61,444 bases of DNA, from the NCBI GenBank assembly GCA_964455555.1, contig CAYVXV010000005.1:1-61444 (forward strand). The letters are read 5' to 3'. This document shows, in pieces, positions 46,049-55,781 of this stretch (positions within the stretch are counted from its first letter, which is position 1; each line of letters begins with the position of its first letter). The translations under genes were made by a program, and so were the position numbers. This DNA is from an uncultured Pseudomonadales bacterium (GTDB taxonomy: Bacteria; Patescibacteriota; Microgenomatia; UBA1400; PJMF01). The notes beneath the pieces are model-generated. The model was not told the DNA's origin and ran no database searches. It worked only from the letters and a program-made list of their open reading frames with translations.

Positions 46049-46360
46049 CTAAGCTACCGGCCAAACTTGTTCGCCAGTTGCTGTATCTGTGACCGTGATG
46101 GCTGCTGTAGGGCAGCTTTGTGCAGCCAGAAGTTTAGTGTCATCATCGTTACCGTCTTGAGAAATGACTGTGGCAATACCCTCTTCATCCAGTTCAAATA
46201 CCTGGGGGGCTATAGCTACACAACTAGCCGCGCTAATGCATTTGTCGCGGATTACAAAGACTTTGTATCTGCCGATTTGTTTTTCTTGAATCAGCTTTCC
46301 GTCCTCTTCGTGCTGTTCAACTCCCTCAAGTCGGTCATTAATGGTTTTCTTATCTGTCAT
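46049..46360 (-). CDS. Ferredoxin (single-cluster type)
   Basis: CISAASCVAIAPQVF ... C-P pattern of small Fe-S ferredoxins. Confidence 0.65.
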   Translation of the reverse strand: MTDKKTINDRLEGVEQHEEDGKLIQEKQIGRYKVFVIRDKCISAASCVAIAPQVFELDEEGIATVISQDGNDDDTKLLAAQSCPTAAITVTDTATGEQVWPVA

Positions 46361-46377
46361 TATCTTCTCCCTAATTT

Positions 46378-47103
46378 TTAATAAAATTTTTCATAATGAA
46401 TATGGGCAGAATTTACACCTCTATCCAAGAGGAGCTGCTTCATGTCGTTAATCATCGGTTCATTTCCGCACAAATAGTAACCTGTATTGGCTGTATTCAG
46501 CTCTTTAGCTGCCAGGATTTCCGTAACCCTGCCGCGGGATAGCGGCCACTCATCCGGAGCCTTAGTTAGAGTAGGAATGAAGGAAAAATTGTCAAAAACT
46601 TCAGTGAGATCGGCAAACTCATCCTGCCAAAAGAGGTCTTGGGCATAGCGCAAACCCCAATATAAACTAATCGGGCGCTTATCACCTTTTTCTTGAAGCA
46701 AATCCAAAATCATGGACCTGAAAGGAGTAATACCGGATCCAGACGCAACAAAGACAATTTCCTGCTCACCTAAATCCTCATCTATGGTGAAAATCCCCAT
46801 AGGGCCGAGCAATTCAACCGTGCTGCCGAAGTTCAGGCTGCCCAAAAATTGACAACCTAGTCCGCCGGGTTCCATATCCACCAACAAGTCAAATCCATGG
46901 TCTATGTTTGGCGCACTGCAAATAGAATATGACCGACGCTCACCTCGTTCGGACACCTTGATGGAAACATATTGCCCGGCATCAAACTCCATGCGCGGCG
47001 GGCTGATCAATTCAAACTTGAACTGGGTAAATTTTTGATTGAGCTCAATTTTTTCTTCTAGCTTTGCCTGATATGGCTGTGGCGGCCGGAGCGGTAAATT
47101 CAT
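46378..47103 (-). CDS. Ferredoxin-NAD(P)+ reductase-like FAD/NAD-binding oxidoreductase
   Basis: RSYSICS (RxYS FAD motif) and GSGITP (NAD motif). Confidence 0.75.
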   Translation of the reverse strand: MNLPLRPPQPYQAKLEEKIELNQKFTQFKFELISPPRMEFDAGQYVSIKVSERGERRSYSICSAPNIDHGFDLLVDMEPGGLGCQFLGSLNFGSTVELLGPMGIFTIDEDLGEQEIVFVASGSGITPFRSMILDLLQEKGDKRPISLYWGLRYAQDLFWQDEFADLTEVFDNFSFIPTLTKAPDEWPLSRGRVTEILAAKELNTANTGYYLCGNEPMINDMKQLLLDRGVNSAHIHYEKFY

Positions 47104-47115
47104 GAAAAACTTTCC

Positions 47116-47679
47116 TTAGCTTAATTGCTGATGCCAGTTGCGACCGTACCATAAGCCGAGCGCCAGCTTGGCTATACTAGCATATTCTTCAGTCCGGTCA
47201 ACAAAGTTTCCTGTTACTATGCCGATCATACCTTGCTTTTTACGGACGTCTTTTTGACCGACAACGTTGGCAATGATTGGGCCCATTTCCCCGCCATCCT
47301 GAATCTGTCTGGCAACAATTTCCGGAACTTCAAAACGGGCGCCATTGGCAACTTTTATTGTGCCCTCACAATCAACCACTGCCACCCAAACTGTTGACCA
47401 CAGCTTCCCGTCAATTTCTGTTACCCCACCCTCTAAACCAACGCCTAACACGTTGGGTTCTTCAGCCTCGTCAATTTTTAATTGGGCGATCCCATCTTCC
47501 AAAGCAGCCTTAGCACGGTTTTCAGCGCCTGCCCTGGTTTGCGGATCACCGAGAGGTTGATCGGGCACTCCACTGGGCACATCGAAACCTAGCACCTGTA
47601 CATCAGGCCATGTCTCACTGGCAGCGCTGACAATAGCATTGGTTTTGACAGGATTCAGTGAGCCTACAAAAATTCTCAT
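47116..47679 (-). CDS. Inosine/xanthosine triphosphatase (YjjX/DUF84 family)
   Basis: VGSLNPVK at the N-terminus, with length and GVGLEGG as in non-canonical NTPases. Confidence 0.65.
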   Translation of the reverse strand: MRIFVGSLNPVKTNAIVSAASETWPDVQVLGFDVPSGVPDQPLGDPQTRAGAENRAKAALEDGIAQLKIDEAEEPNVLGVGLEGGVTEIDGKLWSTVWVAVVDCEGTIKVANGARFEVPEIVARQIQDGGEMGPIIANVVGQKDVRKKQGMIGIVTGNFVDRTEEYASIAKLALGLWYGRNWHQQLS

Positions 47680-47729
47680 AAACCTAGTTTAACAAATTTT
47701 ACTAAACTTTTTTTTCTCTAAGCAAAAAA

Positions 47730-48101
47730 TTATTCTGGAAGTGCTTTTTTGACCGTTGAAAGGCCAAGCAGTAAGCAGCGCAAGCGCCCGGGAGCGATGT
47801 TTTTTAACTTAAGCAATTCCAATACCTCAGCCATGCCCATTTCCTTCACTTCAGCTGTTTTCCTGCCAACTAATTCTTCTGATAAGGCACTCATGGCAGC
47901 CTGACTAATAATGCAGCCTGTCCCTATCCACTGCAGCTTGTCTATGAGTGCCTGGTCTTTGGAAAATTTCACTCTGACGGTCATGGTGTCACCGCAGGCA
48001 GAATTAAAACTCGTTGCTTCTTCATCTGCATCTTCAAGTTCACCGTAGTTTCTCTTCTTCTTGGCCTCTTCTAGAAGCTGCTCATGGTATAAATCTTGCA
48101 T
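47730..48101 (-). CDS. sufU: SufU/IscU-type Fe-S scaffold / sulfur acceptor
   Basis: NSACGD, GTGC and a C-terminal Cys, directly downstream of sufS. Confidence 0.8.
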   Translation of the reverse strand: MQDLYHEQLLEEAKKKRNYGELEDADEEATSFNSACGDTMTVRVKFSKDQALIDKLQWIGTGCIISQAAMSALSEELVGRKTAEVKEMGMAEVLELLKLKNIAPGRLRCLLLGLSTVKKALPE

Positions 48102-48115
48102 ATCTTAAGTCTGGC

Positions 48116-49381
48116 TTAGATGTTAAATACCTTCTTAACTTTTTCTAAACCTCTTACCAACACATCAATTTCGGCCTCTGAATTATACACCTGAAAACTA
48201 GCGCGGGTAGTAGCCACCCACCGGTAGCGCTCATGCAGGGGCATAGTGCAATGATGGCCCGAGCGGACGGCAATCCCCTCGCTGTCCAGTACTTGAGCCA
48301 CATCGTGAGAATGGACACCTTGATAAAGAAATGAGACAGATCCGAGGCGCACTAGTCTGCTCGATTCAGTTGCGCTAACCGGACCGACAATGGTTAACTC
48401 CGGCACCTTAGACAATCTTTCCAAGGTGTAGTTAACTAAGTTAGTATCGTGCTCCTGAACGTTGGCCATACCAAGCTCTTTGAGGTAGCCGCAGGCAGCA
48501 GCCAACCCAACCGCAGAAGCAACGTCTGGAGTACCCGGTGTGAAGCGGTCAACCATATTTTCGCTCAAGATGGTTCTATCAGTCTTGACGGAAGCAATCA
48601 TCCCGCCGCCAAAAAACCACGGCCTCATCTCTCCAGACTCCAATAGCTCCCGTCTGACCAGGAGCGCACCGACACCCATTGGCCCGAGCATCTTATGGCC
48701 ACTGACCGCATAGAAATCGATTCCTAAATCAGCAAAGCTAATAGGCATATGCGGTGCTGCTTGAGCGCCATCAATAACAATCCTTGGCCGGTCAGCGGCG
48801 GAGTAAACGGACGAAACTATTTTTGTAATCTCTGACAATGGATTAACAGTACCGAGAGTATTTGAAACATGTGCCAATGCCAGCAGCTTGACGTTGCCCC
48901 CTGACAGCTTTTGCTGAAAGTCTTCAAGATCTAAAACGCCTGCTTCCGTGAGGTTGGCAAACGCAAGTTTGGCTCCTGTCCGCTTGGCCACTTCCTGCCA
49001 TACCACTAGGTTGGAATGATGTTCCAGCAAGCTGGTTAAAATTACATCGCCCTCGCTCAAATTATGGTCCGCCCAGCCGTAAGCCACCCCATTGAGCGCC
49101 TCTGTTGTATTTCTAACCATTATTAACTCGTCTGGGTGAGCGCCAAAAAACTCAGCTATCTTTTGCCTTGAATGCTCCCAAACCTGGGTGCTCTCATCCG
49201 ACAGCTGATGAACACCACGGTGTATATTGGCATTTTGATGCTGGTAATAGTCCATGATCGCATCCAAAACCTGCTGGGGTTTTTGGCTGGTGGACGCGTT
49301 ATCCAAATAGACAAGTGGTTTTGCGTTCACTTTCCGCCATATAAGAGGAAAATCTCTGCGGATTTTTTCGATATTAAACAT
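48116..49381 (-). CDS. sufS: Cysteine desulfurase SufS
   Basis: Class V aminotransferase with SGHKMLGP (PLP Lys) and RSGHHC (catalytic Cys). Confidence 0.9.
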   Translation of the reverse strand: MFNIEKIRRDFPLIWRKVNAKPLVYLDNASTSQKPQQVLDAIMDYYQHQNANIHRGVHQLSDESTQVWEHSRQKIAEFFGAHPDELIMVRNTTEALNGVAYGWADHNLSEGDVILTSLLEHHSNLVVWQEVAKRTGAKLAFANLTEAGVLDLEDFQQKLSGGNVKLLALAHVSNTLGTVNPLSEITKIVSSVYSAADRPRIVIDGAQAAPHMPISFADLGIDFYAVSGHKMLGPMGVGALLVRRELLESGEMRPWFFGGGMIASVKTDRTILSENMVDRFTPGTPDVASAVGLAAACGYLKELGMANVQEHDTNLVNYTLERLSKVPELTIVGPVSATESSRLVRLGSVSFLYQGVHSHDVAQVLDSEGIAVRSGHHCTMPLHERYRWVATTRASFQVYNSEAEIDVLVRGLEKVKKVFNI

Positions 49382-49398
49382 GGGTATATTGTATCAGG

Positions 49399-51033
49399 TC
49401 AGGCTGGCTGCTCAGCCCGTTCTATCCAAGAAGCCTGCAGCATCAGCGACAAGTATCCAGGATCTTCAAAGACTTCTGCTCTTTTTAAGTTATAACTTTT
49501 TTGCCTGGACCACTTTTTGTAAAATCTTTTTCCTTTAATTTCTCTGCCAGCATATTTTACTTTCCTTTTGACGGATGAAGCGATGTCAATCATGCCACCA
49601 ACAGTCATGAGAAATGTGTTGTCGGAGTAAGTCCAACTGTGCTCCTCCCAACCTGGAATTGCAAAATCAGCGGTTGAGCTTACTTTAAACTCATGCAGCA
49701 GCAGCAACCACTTACAAACTTCAGTGATGCAGTTTAAAGCATTTTTTACAATCACTGAGGCAACATAGCGTTCAGGAGTCATAACGGTGCTACTCATCAC
49801 TGGAGTTAAAATATAAAATAAAGCCTCCTGGTACTCTGCCAAAAAGTCCTCGGAAAGAGACTTGTCAGCAAACGTTGAGAAAAGATTAAACGGCCCATCT
49901 TGATCAAAGAAAACTGCATCCCTGGCAGCTTTAAAATATGATTCTGGTGCCGAGAGATTTTGGCTTGCCAAACTTGGATTGCCTGCCAATTTTTCAGCAA
50001 CGATCTTAGCTTGAGCGTCTATATCTGCCTGCCATCTCAAATGTGTATACTGGTGTGCAATTGCGGCAGATGACTGCAACACTTGCTCGATGCCGGCCAA
50101 AAATTTTTCATGGCTTAAAACATCCTCAGAAAATCTGGTTTGAGGCCAGGCAATTCTTTGTTTTTTTTCTGGCATCACTGCTGAATCACCCCGGGCTTCA
50201 ATTCCCTCATAATCTGCCATTGATCCTTCGTTCTCCTCTGACAAACCTGGATTATTAGGCGGCTGAAAAGATTCCGAAGACAGTTGTCCCACCAATGCTC
50301 TTTCAGGTTTTTCTTCCGGCAGATTTATGTCATGATTTGTTTCCTGCGCCGCTGCCAAAGCTTCCAACTCTTCAGTGCTAAAACTAAACCTAGTGCTCAG
50401 GGCTTCTTCTTTTATAGCCAAATAAAGCGGGTGATCCAACCTGGCTTCACCATATTTTTTCTTTAAAACATTCAAGAAAATGGTTAACTGCACTTGTCCG
50501 AACATTTTCCGGGCAGTTCTGGCCAACTCTGCACCAAGCTGCTGTTCTTCATCGAGTTCACCACTTTCATTTGCAATCATTCCTTTCAGACTACTCAAAT
50601 AACCCTTTTTAGCGTTGGGAAATTTATTAAATAATTGCTGCTCTACAACAAAAGGACTTTTGGGGTTCGTAATCATTGCTTCAGCCACATAGCGGCCAAA
50701 CTCCTGGGCAAATATTTCTAAAAGAAGTTGAGTGGCCACCGCTTCATCATCGGGAAATTGAGTGTCTGCTGCTTGTTCAGACCTGTCATAAATTTCAGAC
50801 AAAGTACTCAAGTGGTGGGGTTCTTCTGAAATAGCCTCAGCAAGTTGCCTCAAGTGATTGACGCGATTACTAATATTAAAAAGGCTGGCAATATTCAGTC
50901 TGGCTTCTGACAATTCACCGCTCAGTCTTTTATCCGGAGCACCATTGCCCTGAAAAGGGCTGATGACAACACCTTCTTTCTCAATGTGATTGCTGTTTAT
51001 GGCCATATTTGCCAACTTCTTGAGTTCATCCAC
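49399..51033 (-). CDS. Hypothetical 544-aa protein embedded in the suf operon
   Basis: Long ORF with normal composition and no recognisable motif. It is co-oriented with the operon, 17 nt from sufS and 76 nt from the sufD-like gene. Confidence 0.55.
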   Translation of the reverse strand: MDELKKLANMAINSNHIEKEGVVISPFQGNGAPDKRLSGELSEARLNIASLFNISNRVNHLRQLAEAISEEPHHLSTLSEIYDRSEQAADTQFPDDEAVATQLLLEIFAQEFGRYVAEAMITNPKSPFVVEQQLFNKFPNAKKGYLSSLKGMIANESGELDEEQQLGAELARTARKMFGQVQLTIFLNVLKKKYGEARLDHPLYLAIKEEALSTRFSFSTEELEALAAAQETNHDINLPEEKPERALVGQLSSESFQPPNNPGLSEENEGSMADYEGIEARGDSAVMPEKKQRIAWPQTRFSEDVLSHEKFLAGIEQVLQSSAAIAHQYTHLRWQADIDAQAKIVAEKLAGNPSLASQNLSAPESYFKAARDAVFFDQDGPFNLFSTFADKSLSEDFLAEYQEALFYILTPVMSSTVMTPERYVASVIVKNALNCITEVCKWLLLLHEFKVSSTADFAIPGWEEHSWTYSDNTFLMTVGGMIDIASSVKRKVKYAGREIKGKRFYKKWSRQKSYNLKRAEVFEDPGYLSLMLQASWIERAEQPA

Positions 51034-51109
51034 TCTGATAACCGCAATAATAAGATATAAATGTAATAGAAATGTTAAACCTTAGCAAAAAGGGTGCTTT
51101 TAAAGTTGG

Positions 51110-51604
51110 CTAATCTTCGAGATGCAAAAAACCCTCAACAATTAATTTTTCTGCTTTCGAGCGCTCAATACCTCTGCTCATCAGATAAAAAACATGCTCT
51201 TCCGGTATTTTTGATACGCTTGCTGCGTGGGAACACCTGACATCATCTGTATAAATTTCCAAATCCGGAATACACTCTGCCTTTGAATGCTCTGACAAGA
51301 GCAGAACACGCTCTGTTAAAAATGAATTTGAATCTTCGCATCCCGGGTCAATGATAATTCTGCCGGTAAACTTAATTCTTGCGTGGTCTGCCGCCACGCC
51401 CCGCAACATTGTTTTGGCGCTAGTGTGAGGAGACTTATGGTGTATTACTACCGAAATATTTAAGTTGTCTTTATCTGCAGCCTGAAATGATCCCCTAATG
51501 TCCGCCTCGGCACCGGGACCGGCTAGTTCAACCAAATAATCTCCTGGCTGTTCCAAGATAATCTCACGACGCTGGTCTTTTTTAAGAGTAATCTTTTTTG
51601 TCAT
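51110..51604 (-). CDS. sufD: Short SufD-like protein (C-terminal SufBD beta-helix part only)
   Basis: [34 protein letters not shown] parallels the SufB C-terminus ([21 protein letters not shown]). It is only about 164 aa. Confidence 0.65.
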   Translation of the reverse strand: MTKKITLKKDQRREIILEQPGDYLVELAGPGAEADIRGSFQAADKDNLNISVVIHHKSPHTSAKTMLRGVAADHARIKFTGRIIIDPGCEDSNSFLTERVLLLSEHSKAECIPDLEIYTDDVRCSHAASVSKIPEEHVFYLMSRGIERSKAEKLIVEGFLHLED

Positions 51605-51666
51605 TTTTGTTTTTAGTTGTTTGGCTAGAAAGAAGTACAAGCAACCGCACCTGCAAAACTGATGAA

Positions 51667-53094
51667 TCAGCCGATAGACCCCTCCATCTCATGGTCAATC
51701 AACCGGTTCATTTCTACTGCATATTCCAGAGGCAATTTCCTGACTAAGTCAGCGATAAAGCCATTCACTATCATCTTGCTGGCATCCTCTTCTGCAATTC
51801 CCCGGCTCATGAGATAAAACAGCTGATCAGCCCCAATTTTGGAAACAGTAGCCTCGTGCTGCACCTCCACATCATGATTAAAAATTTTTTCGACAGGATA
51901 AGTGTCCGACCGGGACTTATTGTCCAGCAGCAGCGCGTCACAAATCACTGTATTCTTGCTGCCTCTGGCCTTGGGGCCGACATTCACCAAGCCACGGTAA
52001 CTGGTCCTGCCGCCGCCTTTGCTGATTGACTTTGAAATTATGCTGGAGCTGGTGTGCGGAGCCAGGTGAATGGCTTTTGACCCAGTATCCTGGTGCTGAC
52101 CTTCACCGGCCAAGGCCATCGATAGAGTTTCACCTCGAGCACCCCGACCAGCTAAAACAAAACCGGGATACTTCATGGTAACCTTAGAACCCATGTTGAA
52201 GTCAGTCCAGATCATCTCACCTTCCTCTGCAACATAGGCTCGCTTTGTCACTAGGTTATAAACATTTTTGTACCAATTTTGTACTGTAGTGTATTGGCAG
52301 CGGGCATTTTTTTTGACAAATATCTCGACCACTGCAGAATGCAGCGAACCTGTGGAAAAATTGGGAGCGGTGCAACCTTCGATATAATGTACACTAGCTC
52401 CTTCATCTACTATTATCAGGGTGCGCTCAAACTGCCCGGCATTCTCAGAATTTATCCGGAAATAAGTTTGCAACGGCAATTTAACATGGACCCCTTTAGG
52501 TACATATACAAATGACCCGCCGGACCAAACGGCAGAATTGAGTGCAGCAAATTTGTTGTCACCACTTGGGATGACCTTGCCGAAGTATTCACGGACTAAT
52601 TCCGGATATTGCTTTAGGCCGTCGTCCATTGATAAGAAAATCACTCCATCTTTGGCAAAAACTTCTTTAAGGGAGCCATAGACCACCTCACTGTCATACT
52701 GAGCTTTTACACCAGCCAGAACCTTTTGCTCGGCTTCAGGAATTCCCAAGCGTTTGAAAGTTTCGCGGACGTCAGCAGGCACTTCATCCCAAGATTTTTT
52801 TTGTTCATCGGTGGCGCGCAAGTAGTAATGAATTTTTTCAAAATTGATTTCTGAGAGGTCGGCGCCCCATGAGGGCATTGGCTTGGATTTAAATAAATCC
52901 AGAGCTTGAAGTCTCTGATGCAGCATCCACTCCGGCTCTTCCTTTAAATGAGAAATTTCTTGAACTACACGCCGGCTTAGGCCGGGCTTGCTTATATAAG
53001 CATAGTCATCAGTTGAGTAATGATACCCATGCTGATAATCATCTGATGCATCAAATTCACTGGTCTTCTTCTTTGCAAACCTAGCCATAACCAA
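51667..53094 (-). CDS. sufB: Fe-S cluster assembly protein SufB
   Basis: 475 aa with the typical SufB C-terminus and length. Confidence 0.9.
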   Translation of the reverse strand: MVMARFAKKKTSEFDASDDYQHGYHYSTDDYAYISKPGLSRRVVQEISHLKEEPEWMLHQRLQALDLFKSKPMPSWGADLSEINFEKIHYYLRATDEQKKSWDEVPADVRETFKRLGIPEAEQKVLAGVKAQYDSEVVYGSLKEVFAKDGVIFLSMDDGLKQYPELVREYFGKVIPSGDNKFAALNSAVWSGGSFVYVPKGVHVKLPLQTYFRINSENAGQFERTLIIVDEGASVHYIEGCTAPNFSTGSLHSAVVEIFVKKNARCQYTTVQNWYKNVYNLVTKRAYVAEEGEMIWTDFNMGSKVTMKYPGFVLAGRGARGETLSMALAGEGQHQDTGSKAIHLAPHTSSSIISKSISKGGGRTSYRGLVNVGPKARGSKNTVICDALLLDNKSRSDTYPVEKIFNHDVEVQHEATVSKIGADQLFYLMSRGIAEEDASKMIVNGFIADLVRKLPLEYAVEMNRLIDHEMEGSIG

Positions 53095-53106
53095 CTTCTC
53101 CTAATT

Positions 53107-53691
53107 TCAGCAGCCGCCCGAGCAGCCGCCTCCCCCACAGCAGCCACCTTCATGGCCGTGCACATGACCATGATCACTTTCATCAACAATCGCAAAAGCA
53201 TTTTCAATCATGTTAACCACAAACAACCCGGCTTCTCCGCCAAAGTCGTACTCTTCAAGCTCCTCAGGAGAAATCCAAGCAAATTCAGTGTGCTCATCAC
53301 TCAGGGAAATTTTATCGTCATCAAAGTTTTCCAGCAGCTCCAAATACCAACCATTGATAACGGTAAAAACCTGTTTGGTTGAATCAAAATAAGTATCAAA
53401 ATAAATTAATGATGAAGTGGCAAATGCTTCAGGGTCAACCCAAACACCGGTCTCTTCCTCAATTTCTCTGGCAATGTCACGGCGGTGGGAACCTGAACCT
53501 GAGCCTTCCGTGTCAGGCCATTCCGAGTTCCCTCCCGGCAAGTCCCAAAAACCCGGGCGGGATGCTGCATCTTTACTGCGCCGAACAATTAAAGCCTTGC
53601 CTGCTTTGAGTAAGACTGCCTTCTGCAGCAGTTTGACATTTTCAGTCAACTGATGAGCTACTTTTTTTGGTGCGGTCATTGCACTAGTCAT
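53107..53691 (-). CDS. Nudix hydrolase with His/Gly/Cys-rich C-terminal tail
   Basis: Nudix box GGNSEW...REIEEETGV with an inserted Gly/Ser loop. The tail is DHGHVHGHEGGCCGGGGCSGGC. It overlaps the sufC stop by 8 nt and ends 12 nt before sufB. Confidence 0.7.
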   Translation of the reverse strand: MTSAMTAPKKVAHQLTENVKLLQKAVLLKAGKALIVRRSKDAASRPGFWDLPGGNSEWPDTEGSGSGSHRRDIAREIEEETGVWVDPEAFATSSLIYFDTYFDSTKQVFTVINGWYLELLENFDDDKISLSDEHTEFAWISPEELEEYDFGGEAGLFVVNMIENAFAIVDESDHGHVHGHEGGCCGGGGCSGGC

Positions 53692-54439
53692 TATTGCGGT
53701 ATCCTTTCACTTCTACTGATTGAGCCAACTCAGAACCTCCGCTCTGAACAATTTGTCCATCAATCATGACGTGGACGTGGTCAGGCTTCAGATAGTCCAA
53801 AATCCGCTGGTAATGTGTTATCACCACCACACCTGTATTATACCTGGCGATTACCTCTTTTACCCCCATTGCCACGTCCTTGATAGCGTCTACATCCAAG
53901 CCTGAGTCAGTTTCATCTAGGATTGCAAATTTTGGCTCTAAAACAGCCATTTGCAAAATCTCCAGCCGCTTTTTTTCTCCGCCGCTGAAACCTTCATTTA
54001 AGCCGCGGAGCAAAAGAGACTGATCAACTTTTAGGTCATCTGCCAGTTTTGCCAAATGTTTTCTAAACACCAATACCGATTCAAATTTCTTCTCTTCTAC
54101 ATCCTCAAATCTTGATTCATAGGCATGGCGTAGAAAATTCTGCACAATTACACCAGGAATTTCTTTTGGGTATTGGAAAGCTAAAAATAAGCCTTCCCTC
54201 ATGCGCTCATCCGGAGAAAGATCAAGTAGATTGGTCCGGCCCAACTTTAACTCAGAACCAACCAGTACTTCATAATCAGGGTGCCCTGCCAATGAAGCTG
54301 CCATAGTTGATTTACCGGAACCATTGGGGCCCATCACTGCATGCACCTCACCGGGAGCAATTGTTAAATTGATGCCGTGCAGGATTTGAGTGCCGTTAAC
54401 CGCAACTTTGAGTGAATTTATTTTCAGGTTTTCCGTCAT
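53684..54439 (-). CDS. sufC: Fe-S cluster assembly ATPase SufC
   Basis: Walker A GPNGSGKST, signature FSGGEKKR, Walker B ILDETDSGLD. The start was trimmed to MTENLKI. Confidence 0.9.
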   Translation of the reverse strand: MTENLKINSLKVAVNGTQILHGINLTIAPGEVHAVMGPNGSGKSTMAASLAGHPDYEVLVGSELKLGRTNLLDLSPDERMREGLFLAFQYPKEIPGVIVQNFLRHAYESRFEDVEEKKFESVLVFRKHLAKLADDLKVDQSLLLRGLNEGFSGGEKKRLEILQMAVLEPKFAILDETDSGLDVDAIKDVAMGVKEVIARYNTGVVVITHYQRILDYLKPDHVHVMIDGQIVQSGGSELAQSVEVKGYRNND

Positions 54440-54585
54440 AAGCTGAGCAATGATACCACGAACCAGATACAGATTAAAGTTAAACCACTGCGCCAACCAG
54501 CCAGCCACTCACAATTTTATTACAAAAACAGCACTCAACTATCATTCTATGAGCATAGTCTTACTTCAGTAAGCAGAAAGGAAAT

Positions 54586-55023
54586 ATGCCTATAGGAAAA
54601 GTGGCTAAAGTTAAAAGGCGGGTAATCGTAGATGGGGCAAATGTAGCCTATCTTCAAAAAACTCACAACGGCCGGCCTTTGGCAGTCAACATAGCAATAG
54701 TAAAGCAGACATTGGAGAAAAAGGGGTTTGAACCGATAATAATAGTTGATTCCAATTTATACTATGAGGTAGCAGACCAGGATCAGATTGAGGCTTTGCT
54801 CAATGAGGGGGCTATTTTACAGGTACCGACAGATACAGATGCCGAAAACTACATTATAGAGGCATCCCAGGAATATGGTGCCCCAATTATTTCCAACGAT
54901 TCCTTTGAGGCCTACATTGACCAACACCCATGGATTGAAGAACGGCGTGTTCCGGCTATGCTGCTGAGCGAAAATGATGAAATTGAGTTCTATCAGTTGG
55001 ATAATCTTGATCTGGCTTTTTGA
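54586..55023 (+). CDS. NYN/PIN-like ribonuclease domain protein (Zc3h12a-like)
   Basis: VIVDGANVAY, IIVDSN, DTDAENYI and SND acidic residues in NYN order. Confidence 0.55.
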   Translation: MPIGKVAKVKRRVIVDGANVAYLQKTHNGRPLAVNIAIVKQTLEKKGFEPIIIVDSNLYYEVADQDQIEALLNEGAILQVPTDTDAENYIIEASQEYGAPIISNDSFEAYIDQHPWIEERRVPAMLLSENDEIEFYQLDNLDLAF

Positions 55024-55048
55024 TAAATCTGCCTTAGCTCAAATCAGG

Positions 55049-55633
55049 TTATAAAAGGCTCATCTGGATACCAGAGTCTTTTCCCTGGGTGAAGGAGAAA
55101 TCAACTGAACACTCTACCAATCTATTCCATTTGTTTTTAAACTTAACGAAGCCTTTTTGTAGCCCAAAATCATAGATGTCCCGGGTGACAGCAACATCCT
55201 GGAGGCAGTAGTCTTTAAGCTTATCAAGCTGTCCGGTTTGATAGTACTTAATGGCATCCAGACCATCGCCGGTTTTGCCCAATCCAAGCGTTTGCTGTGC
55301 TACTGCATCCAAACCAATGCGGTGGCCGGCGCTGTCTTTTATCCGGTTCATTAGGTCGAGTGTCGGTATAACACTGATGTCACCTTTGTAGTAATTGTTG
55401 AAGGTTGGCATATCAAAGCCGTCAATATTAAAACCCACTACCACATCTGCTTTTTCCAAAATTGGAAAGAGTTGCGGCAGGTCTTCCTCGAAGTAACCCA
55501 TCATCTCACCTTTACCGGTAAAACCATCCCTGACACAGATGCCTACAAAAGAAATGCCCAGTTTTTCCGGAAAATAGCCGCCGACCTCTTCAAAAGTCCT
55601 CTTTGTTTCGACGTCGAGTATAACTTGGATCAT
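55049..55633 (-). CDS. RNase H-fold 3-prime-5-prime exonuclease-like protein
   Basis: ILDVET (ExoI-like), GFNIDGFD (ExoII-like) and YCLQDV (ExoIII-like). Confidence 0.55.
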   Translation of the reverse strand: MIQVILDVETKRTFEEVGGYFPEKLGISFVGICVRDGFTGKGEMMGYFEEDLPQLFPILEKADVVVGFNIDGFDMPTFNNYYKGDISVIPTLDLMNRIKDSAGHRIGLDAVAQQTLGLGKTGDGLDAIKYYQTGQLDKLKDYCLQDVAVTRDIYDFGLQKGFVKFKNKWNRLVECSVDFSFTQGKDSGIQMSLL

Positions 55634-55781
55634 AAAAATGACTTACTTATACAGTATCCTTATGCTACAGCCTAATTGCAAAGAAAATCTATTAAGCAAA
55701 CAAACGCAGCTCACATCATAAACAAATTTGGGGCACCATTGCAACTGTTTCTCATTCAGCCAACTTGTGTAACTGAAAATC

